A stretch of 64,000 nt of DNA from Octopus sinensis (Eukaryota), in NCBI RefSeq assembly GCF_006345805.1, contig NC_043010.1:11098001-11162000 (forward strand). The letters are read 5' to 3'. A program made the position numbers and the translations under genes. The notes under the pieces were generated by a model. That model was not told the origin of the DNA. It saw only the letters and a program-made list of their open reading frames with translations, and searched no databases. Every line of letters starts with the position of its first letter. The stretch's first letter is position 1. Below, one piece after another: positions 38,232 to 51,660 of this stretch.

Positions 38232-39308
38232 TGAATTAGGGTAAATGTTTTAAAATTTTCCTTTAATTTCTGAATTACTACTACTTGACGGTTTGAGTCC
38301 TGGCTGCTCTTTCTAGTGGGTCGAATGGCCTATTAAGGCCATTCCTCAATTATTGTTGAATATATATACACACACATATATATATATATATATAATAGGC
38401 TTCTTTAAGTTTTCATCTTTCAGATCCACTCATCACAAGGCTTCAATCGGCACTGGGCTATAGTTGAAGACACTTGCCTAAGATGCGGTATGGTAGTTCA
38501 GAACCTAAGATCACATTGTCAGGAAGCAAAGCTTCTTACCTGCACAGCCACACCTATGCCTATAGCCATAACTGTGCTTATAAATTTGTAAAATTAACAA
38601 ATCACTATTTTTCTCAGCGTGGCTGTAACCCCCAAAAGTTCTTAAATACTTACTGTGATGCAAGACAAATTCGCTCTGTCTGATTCAAATGAATTGTGGA
38701 AAGTATCTGAAGATTATTCATTATTAAATTTTGATATACGAAAATTAGTACAAATAATAATGTAATAAACTTATCAGATGTCATCTTTTCAATTATGCAG
38801 CACATATACCCAATACATAATCAATACATAATCAACAACACCATTACAGCAGTAACGAAAATATTTACATGCACAATGAGATTGTCCTGATAAACATATA
38901 AAATTACAGCCACAAAACCATTATTATGAACATCACACTTAATATCCTTCTATATAATACAACAAAGAAGTTGCACAAATCAAACATTAATTAACAATGC
39001 ATTGTTGTTGTTGTTGTTATCACAGCGGTTGATTTTTTTTTTTGTTTTTTGTTATTGTGGTTGTTGTTTTTTTTTGACGCTCAACAGACTGAAGAATAAA
39101 ACTGTTCACACATTTAATGAAAAAATAAATACTGTTTTCATCCAGGAAACAAATCAAATAATGCAAACACATATTCAGTCTTTTATGAAAAATCAGGTGA
39201 TTTCCTATCATAAAATTGATGAAAAATTTTTCAAAAGAAGATATGTACACAAAATGTACAGTACATTAACCCTAATGACAAAATTAAAATAACATTGGAT
39301 ATTACAAA

Positions 39309-39309
<1 letters not shown>

Positions 39310-39385
<76 letters not shown>

Positions 39386-39423
39386 TAATAATAATAATGA
39401 TAATAATAATAATAATAATAATG

Positions 39424-39460
<37 letters not shown>

Positions 39461-39978
39461 TAATAATAATGATGATGATGATGATGATAATAATAATAAT
39501 AATGATGATGATGATGATGATGATGATAATAGTAATAATAATAATGATGATAATAATGATAATAATGATAATAATAATAATGATAATAATAATGATAATA
39601 ATAATAATGATAATGTGCATCTCTGATCACGAGCAGAAGTAGTGGGGGAGCATCATAGCCATGTGTTGAGAGGGATTCTCTGGGGTTTGAATAGTTCACC
39701 TCTGGAAACATGGGTGGTTCTTTCAACATCCTTAAGCAACCCTTATTCAGGGACCGTTTGAGCGGGATGGGCTACTCAACCTGAAGAAAATTCTAACTGG
39801 GCCCCACCTGCAAGGTCATGTGCTGTTTATCTTGATATGAGATCACCATGTCGCGCACATATGGTTGTGATGCATGTGCCTGGTGTACCTTTATCAGACG
39901 GGTAGTCATGATGGGTATATTGGGCTTCGTATATTTTTACCCAGTGTCACTTTGATGGCATGAACTGCTCTCTCACTC

Positions 39979-40043
<65 letters not shown>

Positions 40044-40069
40044 TAATAATAATGATGATGATGATGATG

Positions 40070-40145
<76 letters not shown>

Positions 40146-40162
40146 TAATAATAATAATGATA

Positions 40163-40235
<73 letters not shown>

Positions 40236-40388
40236 TAATAATAATGATGATGATGATGATGATGATGATAATAATAATAATAATGATGATAATAATGATA
40301 ATAATGATAATAATAATAATGATAATAATAATGATAATAATGATAATGATAATAATAATAACAATAATAATGATAATAATAATAATAA
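39310..40388. repeat. (AAT)n/(GAT)n array split by a family F insertion
   Basis: Arrays at 39310-39612 and 39980-40388. Confidence 0.95.
39613..39979 (+). mobile_element. Retroposon tail, family F, embedded in (TAA)n
   Basis: Matches the reverse complement of 15230-15597. Confidence 0.88.
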
Positions 40389-40843
40389 AATTAAAACTAG
40401 TTCATATCCTGTTTTACTATATTATACCTAAATAAAAAGCAATTATCATCATCGTATTCATTGTTATCATGATCGTTATTGATAAGATCATCACTGTGAT
40501 CATCTCCATTATGATCATAATCATTTTAACATCTACTTTTCCATGCTTGTATGAGTCAGTTGATATTTTTTTTGCTGGGGTAGATTTTCTACAACTAGAT
40601 GTGATGTGCTTCCAGTTGCCTTACATTACCTGTTTCTAAGCAAGGTAAATATTTTCTCCTGGTTTACACATGTTCTCATGGAATATTGCAAATAAACAAG
40701 ACGCTTGCATGATGGAAAAAAAATTTGTCTGCCGTTAGTTTCCAATGTCAAGACATGGAGACAGAAACACACATACATATGTTTAAACTCACACACATAC
40801 ACATGCACGTGCAGGCACACACACACACACACACACACACACA

Positions 40844-41248
40844 TGGCAGAAACGTTTGCATTCCGGGCGAAATGCTTAGCGGTATTTCGTCTGCCGTTAC
40901 GTTGTGAGTTCAAATTCCGCCGAGGTCGACTTTGCCTTTCATCCTTTCGGGGTCGATAAATTAAGTACCAGTTACGCACTGGGGTCGATGTAATCGACTT
41001 AATACCTATGTCTGTCCTTGTTTGTCCCCTCTGAGTTTAGCCCCTTGTGGGTAATAAAGAAATAGGTATTTCGTCTGGTGCAACGTCGTGAGTTCAAATT
41101 CCGCTGAGGTCGACTTTGCCTTTCATCCTTTCGGGGTCGATAAATTAAGTACCAGTTACGCACTGGGGTCGATGTAATCGACTTAATACCTATGTCTGTC
41201 CTTGTTTGTCCCCTCTGTGTTTAGCCCCTTGTGGGTAATAAAGAAATA
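40844..41248 (+). mobile_element. SINE family B tandem dimer
   Basis: First unit ends AAAGAAATA at ~41065; second unit restarts at GGTATTTCGTCTG. Confidence 0.9.
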
Positions 41249-41340
41249 TGTACACATATTGTTGATGTCATAAGAATTTGACTTTTCTATCCAGAGGTTT
41301 TTTTAACCCAATATTTATATACACATATATATGTGTTTAT

Positions 41341-41607
41341 GTGGAGGAGGCACGTGGCTTAGTGGTTAGGGTGTCAGCATCATGATCGTAAGATAGTGGT
41401 TTCGATTCCTGGACCGGGTGCCACATTGTGTTCTTGAGCAAAACACATCACTTCACGTTACTCCAGTCCACTCAGCTGGCAAAAATGAGTAACACTGCGA
41501 TGGACTGGCATCCCATCCAGCTGGGGAACACATATACCACTGAAACCGGGAAACCAGGCCCATGAGCCTAGCTAGGCTTTAAAAGGGCACATTTATTATT
41601 TTATTAT
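41341..41607 (+). mobile_element. tRNA-derived SINE related to family D, with 15-bp TSD
   Basis: A/B boxes, TTGTGTTCTTGAGCAA core; TSD TATATATGTGTTTAT at 41326-41340 and 41608-41622. Confidence 0.85.
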
Positions 41608-41636
41608 TATATATGTGTTTATATACATATATTTAA

Positions 41637-41686
<50 letters not shown>

Positions 41687-41774
41687 CATGTAACAACAAA
41701 AGAATGAGACCTCGATATTAGATAGATAGAAGATTATTTATATATGTTATAGATTAGAACAAACAGTAAAGAGT

Positions 41775-41929
41775 TGTCATTATAGTACTCGGAGTTTCAA
41801 ATGCCGGAGTGAAGAGCTGTAATATGTTCTCATTGGCTATTAATGGGTATGATGATGACGATAATAGCCAATGAGAATGCATCATAGCTCTTCACTCTGA
41901 CATTCAAAACTCCAAGTACTATAATGACA
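41775..41929. repeat. Imperfect inverted repeat, ~68-bp arms, ~19-nt loop
   Basis: 41775-41842 versus 41862-41929. Confidence 0.92.
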
Positions 41930-41964
41930 CACACACACATATATATATCCATAATATGTGTGTG

Positions 41965-42147
41965 TATATGTATAGATATATATACACAAATATGTACATA
42001 TACACACACATATATATATGCATGTATATATCATCATCATCATCATCATCGTTTAGCGATGATGATGATGATGATGATGATGATATATACATGCATATAT
42101 ATATGTGTGTATATGTACATATTTGTGTATATATATCTATACATATA
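41965..42147. repeat. Foldback inverted repeat, ~87-bp arms, centred on CG-TTTAG-CG
   Basis: Non-periodic words (CACAAATATGTACATA / TATGTACATATTTGTG) are mirrored. Confidence 0.88.
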
Positions 42148-43337
42148 TATGTATATATATATACATATATATGTATATATATATATGTGTGTGTTTGTAT
42201 GTGTGTATGTGTGTAGATATATATATATACACAGATATGTACATATATACATATATATATATATGCATGTATATGTGTGTGTAGTGAAAAAGAGCATTTG
42301 AGAGAAAGAGAGAGAGAGAAATTGATAGATGTATGATAGGTGTCTTTCAGTTTTCTGCAAACCAAATTCATGCACAAGGCTTTGATTGACTCAAAACTGC
42401 TGTGAGGTAAAGTTGCAGCCCCAAGACACATGGTTGCAAAGTAAATGCCTTAACCACAGAACCGTGTCTACACCAATACTCATATCAAATCTTTTCCTTT
42501 CCATAGGAAACATATTAGATGATATCACAACAAAAACAAAAACAAATAAACAAGCAGCAAACAAGAAACAAAACTCAGAAAGCTTTAAAAGAATCACCAT
42601 TGGCTACATACCATCATATTCATAAAATATAACCAGAGGCTCATATAATATCATCTGCTTTAGCAGAAGTTTCTGATATGATAATAAAAGAAGATAATAA
42701 AAACCAATAATACAAGAAGAAATAGAAATTCAAACAGTTTGTTTTTTCATTCCTGAAGTTCTAAGTTTGATCCCACAGTATCATAATTCAGGGATGTGTT
42801 TTTAACTGTGACTATAGTCAGACAAACAACTTTTAAGTGAGAATAGATGAAAATTATACAGAAACCCATCATATATATATGCCTGTCAGTTTGGGTTTTA
42901 TTTTTTATCTATATTAATAAAAGCAAAATTCTGTCTGTCTGAGACCACTGTATCTCAGTCTACATATGATCTACTTAGACATATTATACCTTTTGGGAAT
43001 CAGGATGATCCCAGGATTGAAAAATCTGCCCTTCATTTGTTTCTTGAACATCCAGCATTGAGATCTGATTTAAAAGCATTTGGGTTGCTATTTCTAGCAG
43101 GCAAAGAGACTGTGATAGGTACACACATATATATTACATATATATGTATGCATGTTTTTATATACCTATACCTCTATATTTTCACCTATGTCTTTCTACC
43201 TACCCACCTATTTGTCTGTATGTCTGTCGATCTAACTATCTATCTATATATCTATCTGTCTATCTATCTTTTATGCAAGCATACATATATGCATGAATCC
43301 ATCCATCCATCCATCTATCCATGCATACATACATACA

Positions 43338-43725
43338 TGGATGGAAGCACTTCGTCGGTTACAACGACGAGGGTTCCGGTTGATCCGATCAACGGAACAG
43401 CCTGCTCGTGAAATTAACGTGTAAGTGGCTGAGCACTCCACAGACACGTGCACCCTTAACGTAGTTCTCGGGGATATTCAGCGTGACACAGAGAGTGACA
43501 AGGCCGGCCCTTTGAAATACAGGTACAACAGAAACAGGAAGAAAGAGTGAGAGAAAGTTGTGGTGAAAGAGTACAGCAGGGATCACCACCATTCCTGCCG
43601 GAGCCTCGTGGAGCTTTTTAGGTGTTTTCGCCCAATAAACACTTACAACGCCCGGTCTGGGAATCGAAACCGCGATCCTACGACCGCGAGTCCGCTGCCC
43701 TAACCACTGGGCCATTGCGCCTCCA
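43338..43725 (-). mobile_element. SINE family C, full length
   Basis: Family match; inserted in (CATA)n. Confidence 0.93.
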
Positions 43726-43849
43726 CATACATACATACACACACACACATTGTTATATTGAAAAGGAGAGAGAGACAGAAAACAATAGACAGAGACAGGA
43801 GACAGACAGACAGACTAACAGAGATCATTGAGTTCCAACATATTTTCAA

Positions 43850-44247
43850 CTAGCAGTATCGCCCGGCGTTGCTCAGGTTTGTAAGGGAAATAACTATATA
43901 AGCATTTTTAGAGATGCAAAGTATAATAGCCATCTCAATATGGCTAACCACAAAGGGGGGGTGGGTTACTGTAGCTTTTTACGTTCTGAGATTTAATAAT
44001 AAATTTTTAGAGAGTTACTTCCCTTATATATGCCAAAAATGCATTAAAAATGGGAAAAATTGATGGTAAATTTTATTTTAAATCGTAGACTCATTGTAGA
44101 TGCGCGCTAATACCCAGAAGGGCTCGATATGAATCACGACTATAAGATACTCGGTTTTGGTTAAACTGCACCGCAAAATGTGGGAGTAGTTAGGAATCTA
44201 AATCGTAGGAGACAGACAGCACACAACCTCACTTTTATATATAAAGA
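43850..44247 (-). mobile_element. Non-autonomous Helitron
   Basis: A|CTAGCAGTATCGCCCGGCGTTGCTCAGG ... TATATAAAGA|T; same family as 4190-4498. Confidence 0.88.
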
Positions 44248-45202
44248 TATAAAGAAGTCGAAATCCTGTCAGCTTGTTATTAAGAATCTTCCCATATATA
44301 TTTAGCTGTAAACAATGCATCGGCTCACAACATCTTGATGCCATAAACAAGAAATGAAGACTTGCATTAATAATATATTTTCCATTTCACTCACCACAAA
44401 AAAAAAAAACAAAAAAAAAATAAAAGCAAAAGGAAAAAAAAATTAAATTAACGGGGGTGATATAGTGTGACAAAATTAACATCACATTTATTAATTTCCA
44501 GTACCACATTTGAGATAAAACTAATACTATAATTTGCAGATAACTAGCAATTAAAAGTTTGCTTAATGGAAGTAGCTTCAATGAAACAAAACTATGACAA
44601 AACTCGATCATATTCTTTTGGTTTTCCTTTAACAAATAAAAAAAAAATTGAAATTATAGATTTAATCATTAAAACAGACGCCACTGTTATTTAATTGCGT
44701 GTGTGATTGCTATGTTGATACATAACTTCCATGCTTTCTGCTATTCATACTCTCTCCCTAGGTTTTGGGGGATAATATTTAAATATCATGTTTAATGTAA
44801 AGTTCAAATAGATTAAATATATTTCATTTTTGTATCTGGTTTGCAAGGTTCTTTATGTGGATTCATGTAGTGAATCAAATTTTGTTGTGTCTTGCGAGAC
44901 ATCACGCCAACATAACACACACACTGGTTCATTTCCACTCATTTATTAAATATCCACTTTTGTTTTTTTTAATTTTTTGTCAAAGCTCTTTTGCTGCTTT
45001 TTTGCAACCTTCTCAGTGCCTGAGAGTGTTAATTATATTGGAAGGATGACTCTTGCTAGACACAACAAAAACAGTAAATATATTTTGTACCAGTGAGATT
45101 TTTCTAAGTATACAGTTTTGCAGATATGACCTGATATTGAATTTAAAACTGTTTCTGAGACAGTTTTGAGGTCACTTGCAAAATTATATTTATAAACTGC
45201 GA

Positions 45203-45517
45203 GGCGGTGAGTTGGCAGAAACGTTAGTATGTCAGGCGAAATGTTTAGTGGTATTCGTCTGCCGTTACATTCTGTGTTCAAATTCCGCCGAGGTCGACTT
45301 TGCCTTTCATCCCCTTGTGGGTAGTAAAGAAATAGGTATTTCGTCTGCCGTTATGTTCTGAGTTCAAATTCCACCGAGGTCGACTTTGCCTTTCATCCTT
45401 TCGGGGTCGATAAATAAAGTACCAGTTACGCACTGGGGTCGATATAATCGACTTAATCCCTTTGTCTGTCCTTGTTTGTCTCCTCTATGTTTAGCCCCTT
45501 GTAGGCAATAAAGAAAT
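45203..45517 (+). mobile_element. SINE family B partial dimer
   Basis: Internally deleted first unit followed by a second unit. Confidence 0.88.
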
Positions 45518-45537
45518 ATATATTTATTAATTGCCTT

Positions 45538-45951
45538 TACTCTTTTACTCTTTTGCTTGTTTCAGTCATTTGACTGCGGCCATGCTGGAGCACCGCCTTT
45601 AGTCAAGCAAATCGACCCCAGGACTTATTCTTTATAAGCCCAGTACTTATTCTATCGGTCTCTTTTGCCGAACCGCTAGGTGACAGGGACGTAAACACAC
45701 CAGCATCAGTTGTCAAGCAATGCTAGGGGGACAAACACAGACACACAAACATATACACACACACACTTATAAATATATACATATATACGACAGGCTTCTT
45801 TCAGTTTCCGTCTACCAAATCCACTCACAAGGCATTGGTCAGCCCGGTGCTATAGCAGAAGACACTTGCCCAAGGTGCCACGCAGTGGGACTGAACCCAG
45901 AACCATGTGGCTGGTTAGCAAGCTACTTACCACACAGCCACTCCTGAGCCT
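45538..45951 (-). mobile_element. SINE family A, full length
   Basis: Reverse-complement family match. Confidence 0.92.
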
Positions 45952-46084
45952 ATGTTGAGAAAACTAACAACAGATTTTGTTGAGAAAACTAACAATAGAT
46001 TTTCTATGTAACTGAAACACAGTAAACATGTGGTCCAATGTCAAATTTATTGCAGATGAGAGTTGAACCATTATTTACAATGAT

Positions 46085-46902
46085 ACATAATAGGCACCTG
46101 TGACAGGGACACATAAAAAGTTCTCACGACTGTGACACGTAAAAAGCACCTGTAATGGTGATACATAAAAGGCATCCATGACAGTGACACATAGAAGGCA
46201 CCCATGAAAGTGACATGTAAAAGGCACCCATGAAAGTGACATGTAAAAGGCACCCATGAAAGTGACATGTAAAAGGTACCCATGAAAGTGACATGTAAAA
46301 GGTACCCATGAAAGTGACATGTAAAAGGCACCCATGAAAGTGACATGTAAAAGGTACCCATGAAAGTGACATGTAAAAGGCACCCATGAAAGTGACATGT
46401 AAAAGGCACCCATGAAAGTGACATGTAAAAGGTACCCATGAAAGTGACATGTAAAAGGCACCCATGAAAGTGACATGTAAAAGGCACCCATGAAAGTGAC
46501 ATGTAAAAGGCACCCATGAAAGTGACATGTAAAAGGCACCCATGAAAGTGACATGTAAAAGGTACCCATGAAAGTGACATGTAAAAGGCACCCATGAAAG
46601 TGACATGTAAAAGGTACCCATGAAAGTGACATGTAAAAAGCACCCATGAAAGTGACATGTAAAAGGTACCCATGAAAGTGACATGTAAAAGGCACCCATG
46701 AAAGTGACATGTAAAAGTACCCATGAAGTGACATGTAAAAGGTCCCATGAAGTGACATGTAAAAGGTACCCATGAAAGTGACATGTAAAAGGCAACCCAT
46801 GAAAGTGACATGTAAAAGGTACCCATGAAAGTGACATGTAAAAGGCACCCATGAAAGTGACATGTAAAAGGCACCCATGAAAGTGACATGTAAAAGGCAC
46901 CC
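46085..46902. repeat. 26-bp minisatellite AAAAGG(C/T)ACCCATGAAAGTGACATGT, ~27 homogeneous plus ~4 degenerate copies
   Basis: Direct inspection; runs straight into a family E tail (46903-47080). Confidence 0.97.
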
Positions 46903-48075
46903 ACTTGAAGTAGTTGGTGTTAGGAAGGGCATCCAGCCATAGAAACAAAACCAGTTTACCAGTTCGAGTCAGACCATCTAACCCATGCCAACACAACAAA
47001 CGGATGCTAAATGATGATGATGATGATGATGATGACGATGATGATGATGATGATGATGATTGATGATGACGATGATGATGACTTTATTTACATTATGTAG
47101 ATTGTTGCTGATAATGAGGTGATTTAGCACAGCCGAGTGAACATCCAGCCTGTTCTGCCAACAGTACTTTTTGACACCGGAGGAAAACACACACACACAC
47201 ACACACATGCAAGCACATGCACACACATGCAAGCACATGCACACACGCACAGGATTATACACATAGAGGTAGAAAGAGTGAGAGATAGAGAAGGGGAAGA
47301 GAGAAAGGGAAAGAGAGAGAGACATTACAATTTATTAACTAAACAGAATTGATATAAACACTCTTACTCTCCTCAGACATGTAAAGAGAAATATGTTCAT
47401 ACACATAAACACAGAGAAGGTGAGAGAAGCGAGAGGGGAGAGAGGGAGAGAGAAGGTGAGAGAAGAAGGGAGGGAGGGAGAGAGAGAAAGAGGGAAAGGG
47501 AGAAACAGAAAGAGAGAGACAGAGAGAGAGTAGATATGAGAATGATATTACAAATCAATTATTGAACACTTCCTCTCTTGACATGGACATAAAGAGAAAA
47601 TATGCTCACACATATAAACAAAGTGAGGGAGAGAGAGAGAGAGAGAGAGAGTGGGGTAAGGAGGATGAGAACAAGAGAAGCCTTAAAATGTCTAATGTCA
47701 AATAAGTCAGCATCAAATCAACAATGCCATATAAACAGGGCCAAAACAGCTGTGTCAAAAGTCTCATGGCTAATTGTTGCAATGAAACTATGTCTGTTTT
47801 CTGTTTTATATTGAAGATTTCCCCATTTCAAGATACCACTATTTCTAATCTGCCCATTCTTTATATTTTGGACAATGAATCTAAGGAGATTCTTGCACCA
47901 GTATTTGTATATATAAGCACAAATGTGGCCATGTGGTGAAGAGGTTTGCCTCCCAATCATGACGGTTTGGGATTTAGTCCCACAGTGCAGCATCTTAGGT
48001 AAGGGTCAGGTGAGAAGTGACCAAATGCTTGTGAGTAGATTTGGTAGAAAAAACGGAGAGAAGCCTCTTACAGTT

Positions 48076-48106
<31 letters not shown>

Positions 48107-48154
48107 AATAAAACTTACTTGGAAGAAGAAGAAAATGACGCATGCGTTCAATCA

Positions 48155-48378
48155 TATAATAAAAATTTAATAAATAAAGCATATGCATACATACATACAT
48201 ATATGTACATACCTACATTTATATGTATATATAATAACAATTTAATAAATAAAGCATATGCATACATACATATATGTACATACCTACATCTATGTGTATA
48301 TATACATATAGATGTAGGTATGTACATATATGTATATATATGTATGCATATGTTTTATTTATTAAATTGTTATTATAT
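48155..48378. repeat. ~73-bp unit arranged direct-direct-inverted
   Basis: AATTTAATAAATAAAGCATATGCATAC...ACATACCTACAT occurs twice, then as its reverse complement. Confidence 0.88.
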
Positions 48379-49129
48379 ATATATATATATATATATATAT
48401 CATCATCGTCGTTTAACGTCCGTTCTCCATGCTAGCATGGGTTGGACGGTTCGACCGGGGATCTGGGAAGCCAGAAGGCTGCACCAGGCTCCAGTCTTAT
48501 CTGGCAGTGTTTCTACAGCTGGATGCCCTTCCTATATATATATATATAATATATATATATATATGTATATATATATACACATACATATGAATGTTTCTAT
48601 GTATGTAAATAAATGTGTGTGTGTGTGAGTACGTGGATGTGTGTGTGTGCCCCAGCATGACCACAGCCTTAGTGCTGACACGTATTAAAGAATAAATATG
48701 AGATGTTGAGAGTGAAAAGTATTTTCCTTTATTGAACTAAATTTTTTTTATAGTGTCCATTGCTTAACACATGTGACTAAGTGAAAATACATATCGCCTA
48801 CTCACTTGAAAATTGATATTTGTCTATAAGGATTAATTCAGCCTAAACTGTAGATTCACAAGAAAGATGGGTGCAAGCTACTCGAGAAAGGATGCATAGA
48901 CATAGATCAGAGAGGAACAGTGAGAAGATATGATAAAAAGAGGAAAATACAACACCGATGGAGATGTGAGGAAATGAATGTAGATGAAATATATTTAAAT
49001 AAAGATAGACTAAGAACCATCCTTTCTTTCTTAAATAGATCCTCTTAGTTTTTTTTTCATTCTGTGGAGTTTACACAAGTCCCACTAGTATTACTGTAAT
49101 ATAAATAGACACATTCATTTGCAACCTTC

Positions 49130-49720
49130 AAAAAACATGTCTGACCATTCTGCAGTTCGTGTTTAAAAGACTAGAGGAAATATCACCGAACTTGGAAATA
49201 AGTGAAGTACACAAACAAAAAAACCTTGCAACCCCAAAGTCCATCCCCTCCTCACCATGGTGGGGATGCTGGCAATGGGTAGTGTCAGAGCTATGCCGTC
49301 GGGAACTTCGGTTCCTGATAGGGCCACCCAAGGTGGATTGGTTTGACACCGAGTGGTATTAGGGCCACAACCCGGCAGAAAATCGTCGGAGTGTCTGCTT
49401 CGGCAACCAACAGCTCCTCGGTCGTTCTGTCCCTGCATCTGCGGACAATCTACGACAAATAGGATGTCTCCACATGCGGGATTGTTGGGGACCGCTTGTG
49501 AAATCCACATATTCCCATGAAACTTCTTCCATGAGTAGAAGACGCCGATTCAACCCGCCCAGGGTGAATGTCGCCACAAGTACAAGTAAGTACATAGAAA
49601 ATTTGTCTGGGTCAATTTCATTTGGCCAACATATTCACGAAATGGCGAGCATTGAGAATGATGATGTAACGTTAACAGTCAGGAATTTCTCACCAAATGT
49701 CATATATTTTCTTTGAATCA
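49130..49720 (-). pseudogene. Possible decayed retroelement ORF1/gag-like fragment
   Basis: GC/CpG-rich island with broken minus-strand frames (QAVPNNPACGDILFVV; ERPRSCW) loosely resembling the approach to a zinc knuckle; no intact motif. Confidence 0.3.
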
Positions 49721-50249
49721 AAGCAATTTTTCTAATGGTTTTCTCTTTTGCCATGTCTTATTTTGAGCATCTGTGGTTCAGGAAGTTTTTACTCAACACA
49801 AATGCTTAGTTCAACTTGACATACCTAGATAGAATTCTGCTTTGAGGCTTCTAGCTGATAAAAGCTAGAGATAACAACATATTAGCTCTTGCTATTCAGC
49901 AGGTTTTAACTTTCTTGTCATGTCACCAGCATTACAGGACCTTGAGGAATTTCTCTTCCGTTCTTAAAGGCTTAAAACGGCCATTTAGTTTATTGAAATC
50001 TCGTATGGAACTTTACTTATGCTAAGTCAGCTGTTGCTTATTGAATCCAATTCACTTTTATCACAATTGAATAGCCTACACCCACCACTGAGTTAAATTA
50101 ACAATACATATGATAGAAGAAATCTTTCTGAAAATATTCCCGAACTATATATTTGGAAACAATGCTTGACTTTTTGTGACATAGGTTTTGTTACGGTTAC
50201 ATGCCATATGCCGTATGTCAAAAAAAAAAAAAAAAGACCAAAGATCCTT

Positions 50250-50464
50250 CTCTCTTTTTACTCTTTTACTTGTTTCAGTCATGTGACTGTGGCCATGCTG
50301 GAGCACCGCCTTTAGTCGAGCAAATCGACCCCGAGACTTATTCTTTGTAAGCCCAGTACTTATTCTGTCGGTCTCTTTTAGCCGAACCGCTAGGTGACGG
50401 GAACGCAAACACACCAGCATCGGTTGTCAAGCGATGTTGGTGGGGACAAATACAGACATACAAG

Positions 50465-50499
<35 letters not shown>

Positions 50500-50780
50500 T
50501 ATATATATACATATAAAACCGTGTAGCAGACCAAATGGTGGTGCCCCAGCATGGCCACAGCTCATTAGCTGAAACTGGAAAAATCAAAAATCAAAATCAA
50601 AATCAAAAAATATATATGACAGGCTTCATTTCAGTTTCTGTCTACCAAATCCACTCACAAGGCATTGGTCGGCCCGGGGCTATAGCAGAAGACACTTGCC
50701 CAAGATGCCACGCAGTGGGACTGAACCCGGAACCATGTGGTTGGTTAGCAAGCTACTTACCACACAGCCACTCCTGCGCC
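50250..50780 (-). mobile_element. SINE family A with an opposite-strand SINE tail inserted at ~50515-50610
   Basis: Both halves match the family. Confidence 0.88.
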
Positions 50781-51029
50781 ATTCCTTCCTGGAATATAAT
50801 TTCATAAAGCTGGTTTCCTACATTCTGTCATGTATATATTTCCCCTCCTAGATGGGACATTGGTCTGTCACAGGAGTACTCACATGTGCCAGCTGAGTAT
50901 AGGGGAGCAACAATGTGAAATTAAGTGTTTTGATCAAGAACAAAATAGCATTCTATCCAGGAATCAAAACCGCTCCACAATCTTATGATCCCGAGTGTAA
51001 TACCCTAACCACTAAGCTACACATTTGCA

Positions 51030-51191
51030 GTATGTATTATGCACGTATATATGTATGTATGGATGTGTATATATGTGCATGTATATATATGTATTTATAT
51101 ATATGTGTATATATATGTGAGAATATATATGTATATATATATATATATATTCATGTATATGTGTGTGTGTGTATTGGTGTATATACATATA

Positions 51192-51231
<40 letters not shown>

Positions 51232-51660
51232 GTGTATATGTATATATATATGAGTGTGTATATGTATGTATATATATAATTATATATACACACATGCATA
51301 TATAAAAGACATACATTAGATGTATTTCTCTATCCATCTCTATATATATATATGTATATATATACATATATATGTATGTGTGTGTGTATGTATATATATA
51401 TATATATATATGTATGTATAGATTTATGTGCGTGTTTGTATGTGTATACACATACACACACATATATATATAAATATATACATGCATGCATGCATGCATA
51501 CATACATACATACATACATACATGCATGCATGCATGCATACATACATACATACATACATACATACATGCATACATACATACATACATACATACATGCATA
51601 CATACATATACAGAGAGAGATGGGGGTAGAAAGATAGAAATATATATATATACATATCTG
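51030..51660. repeat. TA/TATG/CATA microsatellite block
   Basis: Direct inspection. Confidence 0.92.

Noticed and set aside
38708-38755. CTGAAGA...GAAA...GTA string
   Set aside because: No stem I pairing; likely chance in AT-rich DNA.
46071-46999. 277-291-aa ORFs in three frames; superficially CRISPR-like periodicity
   Set aside because: Head-to-tail 26-bp units with no unique spacers and no cas genes; the ORFs exist only because the unit has no minus-strand stop.
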